Assembly (NCBI RefSeq): GCF_002087085.1
Contig: NZ_MWQY01000022.1
Span: 1 to 57,831, forward strand
Direction of reading: 5' to 3'
DNA: 57,831 nucleotides
Position 1 is the stretch's first letter, and every line of letters starts with the position of its first letter. The notes under the pieces were generated by a model. The model made no database searches, had not been told where the DNA came from, and saw only the letters and a list, made by a program, of their open reading frames with translations. Positions 31,513-40,476 of the stretch are shown here, one piece after another. The position numbers were made by a program, and so were the translations under genes.

Positions 31513-32379
31513 ATGAAAACCGATCAGAAAACAGACAGGACCCTTATCGAACGCCTCAAGGAACTCAACTGTCTCCTGAAGATTTCAAAACTCCTGGCCC
31601 GGCACGATGTTGATCTGCAGCTTATCCTCCAACAGACTGTCGATATCCTGCCTCAGGCATTCCAGAAACCCGAACAGACATGTGCAAGAATCATCTACCG
31701 GGACTGCGAGTATGTAACCACGAATTTCCATTCCGGGACGGAGGGGCTTCGGGAGCCGATCCGTATAAACCGCAGAACAGCGGGTTTTGTTGAAGTGTAT
31801 TTTCTTGGGAAAAATATGGAACCCCGGGCGGACAGCTTTCTTGCAGAGGAACAGACGCTGCTTTCAGCAATTGCTGATCAGATCGGCATGGTAATCTCCA
31901 AAAAGGAGGCTGAGCTGTCCCTTCGCAGAGCGATGGATCAGCTTGAGGAAAACTCCCGTCAGCTGGAGAATAAGAATGTCGCCCTCAAAGAACTTCTGTA
32001 TCAGATACAGGGGGAACGGGAGAATTATATACGATCAATACGGCGGCAGATAGAAGAATCGGTACTTCCTGCTCTGAACAGGATTCTCCGGAATCCAAAG
32101 GCCGACACTGATATCTGCGCCTATGCCAGGATAGCCAGCGAAGCCCTGGGCGAGATAAACGCCTCCTCTGCATTCAGGGAAAATCGGGAAACAGCTCACT
32201 TGAGTTCCCGGGAAATGGAGATCTGTCGAATGATCAAACAAGGATTGAGCACGAAAGAGATATGTTCCCTGCTGGGACTGTCCATGCAAACCGTGGAAAA
32301 GCACCGCTATAATATCCGTAAAAAGCTGGGTATTGCCGGAGAGAAAATCAATCTGGCCGTTTTTCTGCGGAACCTGTAG
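31513..32379 (+). CDS. LuxR-family regulator with GAF-like N-terminus and coiled coil
   Basis: ERLKELNCL N-terminal motif, FLAEEQTLL, LENKNVALKELL, C-terminal LSSREMEIC...STKEI...TVEKHRYNIRKKLG HTH. Start reassigned from 31021 (which overlaps chrA) to ATG 31513 with AGGA upstream. Confidence 0.88.
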   Translation: MKTDQKTDRTLIERLKELNCLLKISKLLARHDVDLQLILQQTVDILPQAFQKPEQTCARIIYRDCEYVTTNFHSGTEGLREPIRINRRTAGFVEVYFLGKNMEPRADSFLAEEQTLLSAIADQIGMVISKKEAELSLRRAMDQLEENSRQLENKNVALKELLYQIQGERENYIRSIRRQIEESVLPALNRILRNPKADTDICAYARIASEALGEINASSAFRENRETAHLSSREMEICRMIKQGLSTKEICSLLGLSMQTVEKHRYNIRKKLGIAGEKINLAVFLRNL

Positions 32380-32469
32380 ACAATTTCACCCGGTAGCTTT
32401 TACTACCAGATACCTACCAGGTCTTGCATGGTTGCTAATCTTCACCTTCGGGACTATGTTCGTTTGAAT

Positions 32470-32889
32470 ATGGAATACAATATTCGAACCTTCAATTCCC
32501 ACGACATAAAACGCATTCGCGGTTTTCTCGATCTGGCAACGGACAGTAAAAAGGGTGAACGATATAAATCCCTGGTCCGTCTCAAGAACGATCTGGCGTA
32601 TGCTGATATAGTTTTGCCGGAAGAGATGCCGGGCAACGTTGTTACAATGAACTCCCGCATACGCATAGACAACGCCAGTTCAAAGGGGACAGAGGAAATT
32701 ACCCTGGTATTTCCACAGGAGGCGGATTACAACCAGGGAAAGGTCTCCCTTCTTGCTCCGCTGGGGGCCGCACTGCTGGGATGCAGACAGGGTGATACCG
32801 TAACCTACATTGCTCCCGGCGGCGAGGTTATGGTAAAGATCATGGAAATACTTTACCAGCCGGAAGCCAATGGGGATTTTACCGCGTAA
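32470..32889 (+). CDS. rnk: Rnk / GreA-GreB C-terminal domain protein
   Basis: VVTMNSR, ITLVFPQEAD, KVSLLAPLGAALLG, ILYQPEA. Start ATG 32470 preferred over 32428. Confidence 0.82.
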   Translation: MEYNIRTFNSHDIKRIRGFLDLATDSKKGERYKSLVRLKNDLAYADIVLPEEMPGNVVTMNSRIRIDNASSKGTEEITLVFPQEADYNQGKVSLLAPLGAALLGCRQGDTVTYIAPGGEVMVKIMEILYQPEANGDFTA

Positions 32890-33461
32890 TGACTATCGAA
32901 CCATGGATACTGGAGTGGATTATTCTGCCCCTGGTAGTATTTATCAGCAGAGTAATCGATGTTTCTCTGGGAACTATAAGGATCATACTTGCCTCCCGGG
33001 GAAACCAGAAGTACGCACCCTTGATAGGCTTTTTCGAGATTCTTCTCTGGCTCATTGTCGCACGGCAGGTTCTTTCCAACATGTCGAACCCTGCCAGTGT
33101 GCTGGCCTATGCTCTGGGTTTTTCTGCCGGTACATACCTGGGTATAAAACTGGAGAATTCCTTCGCCTTCGGTGATGTATTAATCCGCATCGTCTGCAAA
33201 GACACCGGCAGTTCCATCGCATCCAGCCTGCGCAGCTTCGGATACGGCGTAACCGAGGTAAATGCCGAGGGACGTGACGGTCCGGTAACCATCCTGTTCA
33301 GTGTTATCAGCCGAAAAGACATTCCGGAGGTGGAAAAGCGAATCCACGGCCTGGACAGAAGTGCCTTCTACTCCATTGAAGATGTTCGCTTTCTGAACTC
33401 CGGATCAAAACGCTGGATTACTCAGGAAGCCCGGGTCCAGCCTGCAGGGCGGGCAAAATAG
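32889..33461 (+). CDS. UPF0316 / DUF2179-DUF5698 membrane protein
   Basis: RVIDVSLGTIR, GFFEILLW, YALGFSAGTYLG, GYGVT...AEGRDG, AFYSIEDVR. Confidence 0.85.
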   Translation: MTIEPWILEWIILPLVVFISRVIDVSLGTIRIILASRGNQKYAPLIGFFEILLWLIVARQVLSNMSNPASVLAYALGFSAGTYLGIKLENSFAFGDVLIRIVCKDTGSSIASSLRSFGYGVTEVNAEGRDGPVTILFSVISRKDIPEVEKRIHGLDRSAFYSIEDVRFLNSGSKRWITQEARVQPAGRAK

Positions 33462-33475
33462 ACATCTGTACGTAC

Positions 33476-33511
33476 AAAGAGCGCCATGCGGCGCTCTTTT
33501 TCTTTTTTTTT
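33476..33511 (+). terminator. Rho-independent terminator (copy 1)
   Basis: AAAGAGCGCC-ATGC-GGCGCTCTTT perfect 10-bp stem followed by a long T tract, 14 nt after the stop at 33461. Confidence 0.85.
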
Positions 33512-33620
33512 GCCGGAGACCGGACTTCAGCCTTGCTTCCCTCCGGGAAGCTTCGGCCCCCGCGAGCGCCTTCGGCACTCTCTCGGACGAGTTCAAGTCC
33601 TTGTCTCCTACTGTACGTAC

Positions 33621-33656
33621 AAAGAGCGCCATGCGGCGCTCTTTTTCTTTTTTTTT
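33621..33656 (+). terminator. Rho-independent terminator (copy 2), probably bidirectional and the native terminator downstream of tRNA-Leu
   Basis: Same stem-loop and T tract as 33476-33511; abuts the tRNA 3' end on the minus strand. Confidence 0.75.
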
Positions 33657-33711
33657 GCCGGAGACCGGACTTGAACCGGTACGGGCTTATTAAGCCCGGG
33701 GGATTTTAAGT
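33654..33711 (-). repeat. att site (duplicated 3' half of tRNA-Leu), left boundary of the element
   Basis: 58 bp identical to 57774-57831. It continues GCAAAC on the + strand instead of the CCCC needed to complete the anticodon stem, so this copy is not a full tRNA. Confidence 0.93.
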
Positions 33712-33829
33712 GCAAACAACCGGTGTGCCTCTTTGTATCTCTCTGTAGATAAGAGTATAACCAATAAGGAATTATGTCAAACAATATTTTCTTTCTGTAT
33801 CGCCTGATATCTTCTTGTATCCATTCTTT

Positions 33830-33848
33830 TGGTGTCAATTTGGTGTCA
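33830..33848. promoter_or_regulatory. Putative integrase arm-type binding sites, left (TGGTGTCA x2, 11-bp period)
   Basis: TGGTGTCA at 33830 and 33841; the same pair occurs at 57675 and 57686. Confidence 0.65.
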
Positions 33849-34023
33849 GTTAAATCTACCCTTGAAAAATATCATAGTAATAACACTATGCAGTAACTCT
33901 CTTCCAAAGGAAGTTTTCCACAATGAAAGCATACAATGATGTATCATAAACATCGTTAAATCTCATCATAAATGCCGTTATAAGAATGTAACTGTCTCTG
34001 GAATTTCCGAGGCAATCCACTTT

Positions 34024-34584
34024 TTAAAGACCTTGTTGATCTTTTCTCAGTTTTTCTTCCTGGTATGCTTCTGCATATTCTTTGCTGTTATATTCAATTA
34101 TGTGTTTGATTTCATAATCCTGCCCATAAAGGGATTGGAAAATCACTGTTGTCTCTGTTTCCCATTTAATCCACAGTGACAAGTGACCGAGGGATATTGC
34201 TAACCCATAATATTCCTCATCGTCCTCATAAAGGGAGTTTGACCATTCTGAATCAGCATCTACAGGCTCTCCATAGATCGATATTAGCAATTTACTCAAT
34301 TTCATAAAATCTTCTAAATAGGTGTTATTATCTGCTCTTGTCTCATTAAAAAGATATTTACCTACTGCCAGTTTGTCATCAACAAACAGATACCCAGCGA
34401 AAGCTTTGAGGCCAGCTATAGAACAATTATAAATGACTACATCTGACTCGTTCACGTAAAGATTTTCTTCTCCCTCAATTCCAATTACCTGAGCACGACT
34501 CATTCCCCATATTGTATCTCGGAATTGAGCACATGCAGGTAATAGCATGGATAGGAAAACAAGAATCCAGAATGTTTTTTTCAT
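34024..34584 (-). CDS. Hypothetical exported protein
   Basis: Signal peptide MKKTFWILVFLSMLLPACA, then FRDTIWGMS; GAGGTGG RBS. Confidence 0.75.
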   Translation of the reverse strand: MKKTFWILVFLSMLLPACAQFRDTIWGMSRAQVIGIEGEENLYVNESDVVIYNCSIAGLKAFAGYLFVDDKLAVGKYLFNETRADNNTYLEDFMKLSKLLISIYGEPVDADSEWSNSLYEDDEEYYGLAISLGHLSLWIKWETETTVIFQSLYGQDYEIKHIIEYNSKEYAEAYQEEKLRKDQQGL

Positions 34585-34746
34585 CAATTCCCACCTCTTC
34601 TTACACCAGATGGAGATTCTTCCACCATGTTTTTCTGTAACCAGAAACTCACATCAAGCGGGGTTTCTGCATACATTAACTGAGTTTCTGTCGACAATAA
34701 TCCCTCTCATGTCAGATTTCTGTTAACGATAACCTATACAACCAGA

Positions 34747-37701
34747 TCAGTAATACTCCCGGATATACCCAAACGCCCTATCGAACAAATCCTGATCCTT
34801 AATTTTATACTTCACGTATATCACTTTGCGAAGAGCTTTCTGTACTTCCCTCTCTCCTGCATTTGTACCCTGCCAGCCTGGGAACCTAACGAACCTGACG
34901 ATTTCATCAATATCATTGACGATACGCTCTACAACAACCGGTGTCTTCCCGTTCTTAACCTCAATGAACAGTTCTGTTAAAGCGGCTTTTGCCTTCTCTT
35001 GCTCATCTTCAGGTTCGACTTGCTGTTCCGCCTGGACGACCTCCTTCGCCAGGGTCAACAGTTCCTTGAGGAAATCGAGGCTGTGGAGCAGGCCCTGTTC
35101 GTGCCGCTCCTTGAGCTTTTCGAGGCGTTCGCCCAGGGCGACAAACTTCGGATTGTCCTTGTGCTTGCGCAGGCGGGCGATGAGCTTGATCTCGATTTCC
35201 TTGGATTTTTTATCCGGGTCCTTGGCATCGAGCAGCCCTTCGAGGACCTCGGCGTCCATCACCAGGGTGTCCAGATCATCGCGCACTGTCTCCATATGCA
35301 CGTTCTCATGCACCAGCTCGATGGTCTTCGCCCCAAGGGCGTGCCAGAGCAGCTTACCGTTACCGCTCGGCGGCTTCACCGACTCATACACCTGGGTCAA
35401 CCACTTGTAGTCCGTTTCATAAAGGCCGAGACAGGGATCGGGAGACAGCGCCTCCCACAGCCGGGAGAGCACCGTGTATTCAGCCGCGAACTTGTCCCGG
35501 GTCTCGTTATCCGGCAGACAATCCTGCGCCGCTATCAGCCCCTCGTAGCCGCCAACGGTACGGTCCACGCCAGGGAAGAACGAAAGGCTCTTTGAGACCA
35601 CTCCAGGCAGCTCTTTCTTGAGGTCATCCAGATTGGTAATGACCTTCTGCACCGCCTTTTCATCGAAATCGAGGGCGGTGGCCACGTCATCGAAGATGCC
35701 GAGGTAATCCACGATCAGGCCGTGGGTCTTGCCGGGGTAGACACGGTTGGTACGGCAGATGGCCTGCAGCAGGTTGTGGTCCTTCATCGGCTTGTCGAGG
35801 TACATCACCTGCAGAATGGGCGCATCGAAACCGGTCAGCAGCTTGGAAGTGACGATCAGGAATTTGAGCGGATCGTTCGGATCGCGGAAGCGGTCGAGGA
35901 GCTTTTCTTCCTCGTCCTTGGCCAGTTTCCATTCCGCGTACTCGTCGGACTTTCCTCCCTGGATGTGCATGACGATGGCGCTGGCTTCCGGCCCGAACAG
36001 CTCGTCCAGGGCCTTCTTGTAGAGCACGCAGCACTCCCGGTCGAAGGTCACCACCTGGGATTTAAAACCGTTCGGCTCTACCTTTTCCTGGAAGTGCTTG
36101 ACGATGTGCTGGCAAATGGTGTTCACCCGCGCCGGGGCCTTAATTAGAACCGCCATCTTGGCAGCCCGTTTGGCCAGGTCGTCACGATCCAGCTCGCTCA
36201 GTTCATCGGTCATCTGGGAGTAGGCTTCGTCGATGGCGTCCTTGTTGATGTGCAGCTTCACGTCCACCGCCTCGAAGTGGAGCGGCAGCGTGGCCTTGTC
36301 CCGGATCGAGTCCTGGAACGAGTAACGGCTCATATAGCCCTGCTCATCTTCATCCGCGCCGAAGGCCCAGAAGGTGTTGCGGTCCCGCTTGTTGATCGGC
36401 GTGCCGGTCAGGCCAAAGAGAAAGGCGTTGGGCAGCGCGTCGCGCATCTTGCGGCCTAGGTCGCCCTCCTGGGTGCGGTGCGCCTCGTCCACCATGACGA
36501 TGATGTTTGATCGCTCGTTCAGGCGGCCGTCCGCCTCGCCAAACTTGTGAATGGTGGTGATGATGATCTTGCGGGAATCAGCCGCCAGCAGGCTTTGCAG
36601 CTCCTGCCGAGTGTCCGCTCCGATCATGTTCGGGATATCGGCGGCGTTGAAGGTGGCGGTGATCTGGGTATCCAGGTCGATGCGGTCCACCACGATCATC
36701 ACCGTGGGGTTGCCGAGCTTGCGGTGCATCCGCAGCTTCTGCGCTGCGAACACCATCAGCAGCGACTTGCCCGAGCCCTGGAAATGCCAGATCAGGCCCT
36801 TCTTGGGATAGCCCTTGACCACGCGGGCCACCATCAGGTTCGCGCCTTCGTATTGCTGATAGCGGCAGATGATCTTGATGCGCCGGTGCTTCTTGTCGGT
36901 GGCGAACAGGGTGAAATTCTGCAGGATATCCAGCACCACATGGGGGCGCAGCATGGAGCGGATGGAGCGCTGCACGTCCGCCAGCGTCCCCTCGGCCTTG
37001 TTATCGCCCTCGTGCCATGGCCCCCAGATATCGATGGGCATGCGCGCCGAGCCGTAGCGATAGCACTTGCCCTCGGTGGCAAAGGAGAGGACGTTGGGCA
37101 CGAACATCTGCGGCACGCTTTGTTCATAGCCGTTATGGATGTCGCTGGCCCCATCCACCCAGGTCACCGCCGGGCGCACCGGCGTCTTGGCCTCGCCGAC
37201 CACCAGCGGGATACCGTTGACCAACATAATAATGTCGAAGCGGCGGCCGCCTTCCTTGACCGGATAGACCCACTGGTTGGTAACCACGTAATCGTTGTTG
37301 CTGAGATTCTCGAAGTCGATCAGCCGCACCGGCGTGTGTTCGCCACGCTCACCAAAGGGCATGGACTTCTCGCCCCGTAGCCATTCGGCGAACAGTTCGT
37401 TGGCCCGCACCAGGCCCTCGCTCTGCACCGACAACGGAATGGTCCGCAGGCGGTAGAGCACCTCGTCGGCGCGGTCGGGCTGGGCCTTGATTTCCGGGTT
37501 CAGGCGGATGAGGGCGTCGCGCACCATCGACTCCACCAGCACGTCGGAGTGCTGACGGGGCAGCTCCTCGGCGGACACGAAGCGCCAGCCTTTGATCTCA
37601 CCACCGTAGCTGGCGAGCGCTTCGGCAACCATGTTCGAAGTCACGCCGCCGCAGAGCGTGTCGAGAACCATCTGTTCGACTGTGTTTTCTTCGTTAAACA
37701 T
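34747..37701 (-). CDS. hsdR: Type I restriction endonuclease subunit R
   Basis: D...VNGIPLVVGEAK nuclease motif, WHFQGSGKS, VDEAHR, LTGTP, LLTGFDAP, QAICRTNR. Confidence 0.96.
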   Translation of the reverse strand: MFNEENTVEQMVLDTLCGGVTSNMVAEALASYGGEIKGWRFVSAEELPRQHSDVLVESMVRDALIRLNPEIKAQPDRADEVLYRLRTIPLSVQSEGLVRANELFAEWLRGEKSMPFGERGEHTPVRLIDFENLSNNDYVVTNQWVYPVKEGGRRFDIIMLVNGIPLVVGEAKTPVRPAVTWVDGASDIHNGYEQSVPQMFVPNVLSFATEGKCYRYGSARMPIDIWGPWHEGDNKAEGTLADVQRSIRSMLRPHVVLDILQNFTLFATDKKHRRIKIICRYQQYEGANLMVARVVKGYPKKGLIWHFQGSGKSLLMVFAAQKLRMHRKLGNPTVMIVVDRIDLDTQITATFNAADIPNMIGADTRQELQSLLAADSRKIIITTIHKFGEADGRLNERSNIIVMVDEAHRTQEGDLGRKMRDALPNAFLFGLTGTPINKRDRNTFWAFGADEDEQGYMSRYSFQDSIRDKATLPLHFEAVDVKLHINKDAIDEAYSQMTDELSELDRDDLAKRAAKMAVLIKAPARVNTICQHIVKHFQEKVEPNGFKSQVVTFDRECCVLYKKALDELFGPEASAIVMHIQGGKSDEYAEWKLAKDEEEKLLDRFRDPNDPLKFLIVTSKLLTGFDAPILQVMYLDKPMKDHNLLQAICRTNRVYPGKTHGLIVDYLGIFDDVATALDFDEKAVQKVITNLDDLKKELPGVVSKSLSFFPGVDRTVGGYEGLIAAQDCLPDNETRDKFAAEYTVLSRLWEALSPDPCLGLYETDYKWLTQVYESVKPPSGNGKLLWHALGAKTIELVHENVHMETVRDDLDTLVMDAEVLEGLLDAKDPDKKSKEIEIKLIARLRKHKDNPKFVALGERLEKLKERHEQGLLHSLDFLKELLTLAKEVVQAEQQVEPEDEQEKAKAALTELFIEVKNGKTPVVVERIVNDIDEIVRFVRFPGWQGTNAGEREVQKALRKVIYVKYKIKDQDLFDRAFGYIREYY

Positions 37702-38893
37702 TATCCCCCCGCAACGGCCCTTGAGTCAGGCTCCTTTGTAACTCAACCGTGTCCTGAAGGTGCTTTTCAGCCTCCTCAAGCTTCTTTTCAATTTCATTCA
37801 GCTTTTGGGCTGCTTCTATTTGGTCACTCAATTTAGGTAGAGGGATTTTTAGCTTCTTGAAGTCCCTCAAAGAAAATCTCTGACGCGTTCCTCGAATGAT
37901 GATTTCGTTCAGTGAGTCTCGTCCCGGCTTCGAGTTAAAAAAGAACTTGAGATATTCCGGATTTACTTTTTGGGTATTAACCCTCAAGCGGATAACATCC
38001 TGGGTGACAATCGCATCAGGTTCCTTCTCGGGGTATATGCTTGCGATTCCTGGTGGATCTCCCACTTTACTAAAAAGAATATCCCCTGGAATCGTCTTGC
38101 ATGCCTTTAACTCTTCCGCTTTTTCAGACGTCACACAAACATTCTCCTGTCGTATATATCTTCCATCTTTCACATCTCTGACATAAATAACTGGGACACC
38201 TTCATCCGTAAGTTCTTTGGTTAACAAATTGCTCCCAAACGGGCCGTTTGTAAAACTCGAAGCCTCGCTGCTGGCAAGTTTGTTCATTTCAACAAATGCA
38301 CCGTTTACTTTGGCATTCAGCGCCACCTCATTTGCACAAACATTGAATAAGTTCGCCACATTGAGAGTCACTTCTCTCCATACCTCCACCGCCTCATCCG
38401 CCGCCCACAGGATCTCGGCAATGCGCTTCTGTTCATCGAGCGGCGGCAGCGGAAATTCAAAACCCTGCAACGCCGTCCAACTGGTTCTCGGCGACAGCGA
38501 TCCAGCCGAGGTGTCAAGCGCATAATCGAAGAAGGCATCGCTCTGGCAGATAAATGGCAGAAGCTCCGGCAGCAGTACCTTTCTGTTCTTCGGTTCAAAC
38601 GTCAGGATATCCCCGGAACAAATACCCTCAAACTCGGCAAAGGCGACCTTGCGTTGATAAGCCCGTCGCTTGCCGAAGAGCGTCTGTCCCGGTACGAACT
38701 TGCGGGTAAACGAGGTGCCATCCGCAACGGAGTTCCAGCGCCGGATATGCAGATTATCGGGTTCAATGTGTTCGAGCCCGACGATTCTTTCAATGTCATT
38801 GGTCTCGGGATCGCGCTCCACGAGGTTGGCGTTCTTCACCACCTCGCCGAACTTGACCATCTTCCAGCTGGGCCTCAGGGATTGTCTACTCAT
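37694..38893 (-). CDS. hsdS: Type I R-M specificity subunit S (two TRDs)
   Basis: WKMVKFGEV start, PLPPLDEQKRIAEIL central conserved region, GPFGS, IPLPKLSDQ. Start ATG 38893 overlaps the upstream stop (ATGA). Confidence 0.93.
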   Translation of the reverse strand: MSRQSLRPSWKMVKFGEVVKNANLVERDPETNDIERIVGLEHIEPDNLHIRRWNSVADGTSFTRKFVPGQTLFGKRRAYQRKVAFAEFEGICSGDILTFEPKNRKVLLPELLPFICQSDAFFDYALDTSAGSLSPRTSWTALQGFEFPLPPLDEQKRIAEILWAADEAVEVWREVTLNVANLFNVCANEVALNAKVNGAFVEMNKLASSEASSFTNGPFGSNLLTKELTDEGVPVIYVRDVKDGRYIRQENVCVTSEKAEELKACKTIPGDILFSKVGDPPGIASIYPEKEPDAIVTQDVIRLRVNTQKVNPEYLKFFFNSKPGRDSLNEIIIRGTRQRFSLRDFKKLKIPLPKLSDQIEAAQKLNEIEKKLEEAEKHLQDTVELQRSLTQGPLRGDNV

Positions 38894-40290
38894 TTGGCAC
38901 TCTCCTCTGAAATAGCCCAAGGTACAGCTTCCGTTTCTCCTGCCCATTTATGCATGCGAACCCTATTCGCATATCGTCCTTGATATTTCATCAACCGCAA
39001 CAGGCACATCTCCACATACCACTGGGACAAGTTCCATGCATCGAATTCGGCCCTTGGTTTAAGTTCTCGCTTCTTTTTAGAATGTACAAGCTGATTCCTG
39101 ATGATGGTTATGGCATGAAAGGCATCCTCAAATTTTTGGCCATTGACATCCTCCTTGATGGAACCGAGAATATCCGGAATCTCATGGGGTAAATCCATTA
39201 GAGTGGCCAATAGTCGGATCTGATCAGAAGCCCTCAACTTTCCTGGTTGGAAGGCTTCCTCGGAAACTGCCTTTTTTACCTGTGTAGCGTAGATCCAGGA
39301 AAGCTTCTCCAATGTGGACTGAGATAGAATCAACGCAGAATCTGCACTCAGATGGCCTCTACCGGCAAGGTTTGCCTGTAGATACCAATAGATCACTTCT
39401 GGCAGCACTTCTTTCCATGACAGGTCTATCCATAAGTCCCAAAATCCTTTGAATACATCTAAAAGATGATGCGCCTGTGGATGTGGACTCCACCATGTCA
39501 GGCTGTTGTTATGTGATAACGGGTCGCTGCCTCTAAGTATCCCCCATTTTTCACGCAGGCAAATGTCATCGTTCGATAGGAGTCTGATATTACCAATAGG
39601 CTGCCAGTGTCCTCTGGCAAAAGAAAGAAAATGATGCAGGCAATTGATGATATCTTGCGCCTCATTCCAATCCATCGGTTCACCATTAGTTTTCTGAATG
39701 CACCCGGCATGGGTGGCCGCCAAACCACCTGTCTGCTTTATGGTTTCGCCCCACTCTTTGGTTTTGCTGTGGGCCGTGATTTGTATGTGCCATTGCTCAT
39801 GTGTCATTTCGATCTGTCCGCAGCGCCACCAGCCCATAGTCTTGCCTTCTTCATTTGTTCTTTTAACCTTTTTGTCTTGATCACCGTAAAAGACCGGAAA
39901 AGCAAATAGAACGAACTCAAGCCGTGTTCCAGAGTCTGGTGAGTGTACAATATCAAGAGGCTCCATCAGCGGGATCCAAGTTGAGTGGTTTTCGTCGTTA
40001 TCGTGGTTTAGGCATTGGATGGGTTCCTGCCCCGTAAACTGTACAAACGCCGTCCCATTAAACGCTGCACGCAGGACATCAGATGACGGTATGCCTGAGA
40101 GTGACAGATGTACTCGATCTTTGGGCAGAAAAATTTGAGTCCCATGCACATCGATCTGCTTCAACTCTTTAAACCGAGCACCTCCCCCATCTTCAATCCA
40201 AAAATCTGCCTTAGCCGTTCCCAGATTGACAGGAAAACCCGGACCCTGCGAAAAAGCATCGGGTAATTGGACATTGTTTGGATTAGTCAT
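38890..40290 (-). CDS. Putative HEPN-domain protein (ApeA/YopA-like architecture)
   Basis: Beta-rich N-terminal region, then YWYLQAN...SQSTLEKL and IRNQLVH (Rx4H) near the C-terminus; coupled to hsdS. Confidence 0.65.
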   Translation of the reverse strand: MTNPNNVQLPDAFSQGPGFPVNLGTAKADFWIEDGGGARFKELKQIDVHGTQIFLPKDRVHLSLSGIPSSDVLRAAFNGTAFVQFTGQEPIQCLNHDNDENHSTWIPLMEPLDIVHSPDSGTRLEFVLFAFPVFYGDQDKKVKRTNEEGKTMGWWRCGQIEMTHEQWHIQITAHSKTKEWGETIKQTGGLAATHAGCIQKTNGEPMDWNEAQDIINCLHHFLSFARGHWQPIGNIRLLSNDDICLREKWGILRGSDPLSHNNSLTWWSPHPQAHHLLDVFKGFWDLWIDLSWKEVLPEVIYWYLQANLAGRGHLSADSALILSQSTLEKLSWIYATQVKKAVSEEAFQPGKLRASDQIRLLATLMDLPHEIPDILGSIKEDVNGQKFEDAFHAITIIRNQLVHSKKKRELKPRAEFDAWNLSQWYVEMCLLRLMKYQGRYANRVRMHKWAGETEAVPWAISEESAK

Positions 40291-40476
40291 CTGTTGCCCT
40301 TACAATTCTCAAGAGAATGCTTCATAAGCCAGCCGTCCTGGCTGGTATCGATTGTTTTCAGAACACTATTTTCCCTTCTCCGGAGAGTATATTTGTGCAA
40401 CCATCGGTTGCATTCGCAGTCATTAACAATCATCTGCCAAAAATTACTCTGACTCTTCCCTCCCATATTCATCATC

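Larger units (their letters stand above)
33466..33672. repeat. 62-bp direct repeat (33466-33527 and 33611-33672; period 145 bp) made of a terminator plus the 3' end of tRNA-Leu
   Basis: Both copies read CTGTACGTACAAAGAGCGCCATGCGGCGCTCTTTTTCTTTTTTTTTGCCGGAGACCGGACTT. Confidence 0.92.

Noticed and set aside
33466..33672. Possible CRISPR array
   Set aside because: Only two 62-bp copies, made of a terminator and a tRNA end; no cas genes.
33656..33711. Second complete tRNA-Leu gene
   Set aside because: Lacks the D-arm and 5' acceptor strand; it is the att duplication.
33405..33838. Short ORFs across the repeat/att region
   Set aside because: They run through terminators, T tracts and tRNA sequence.
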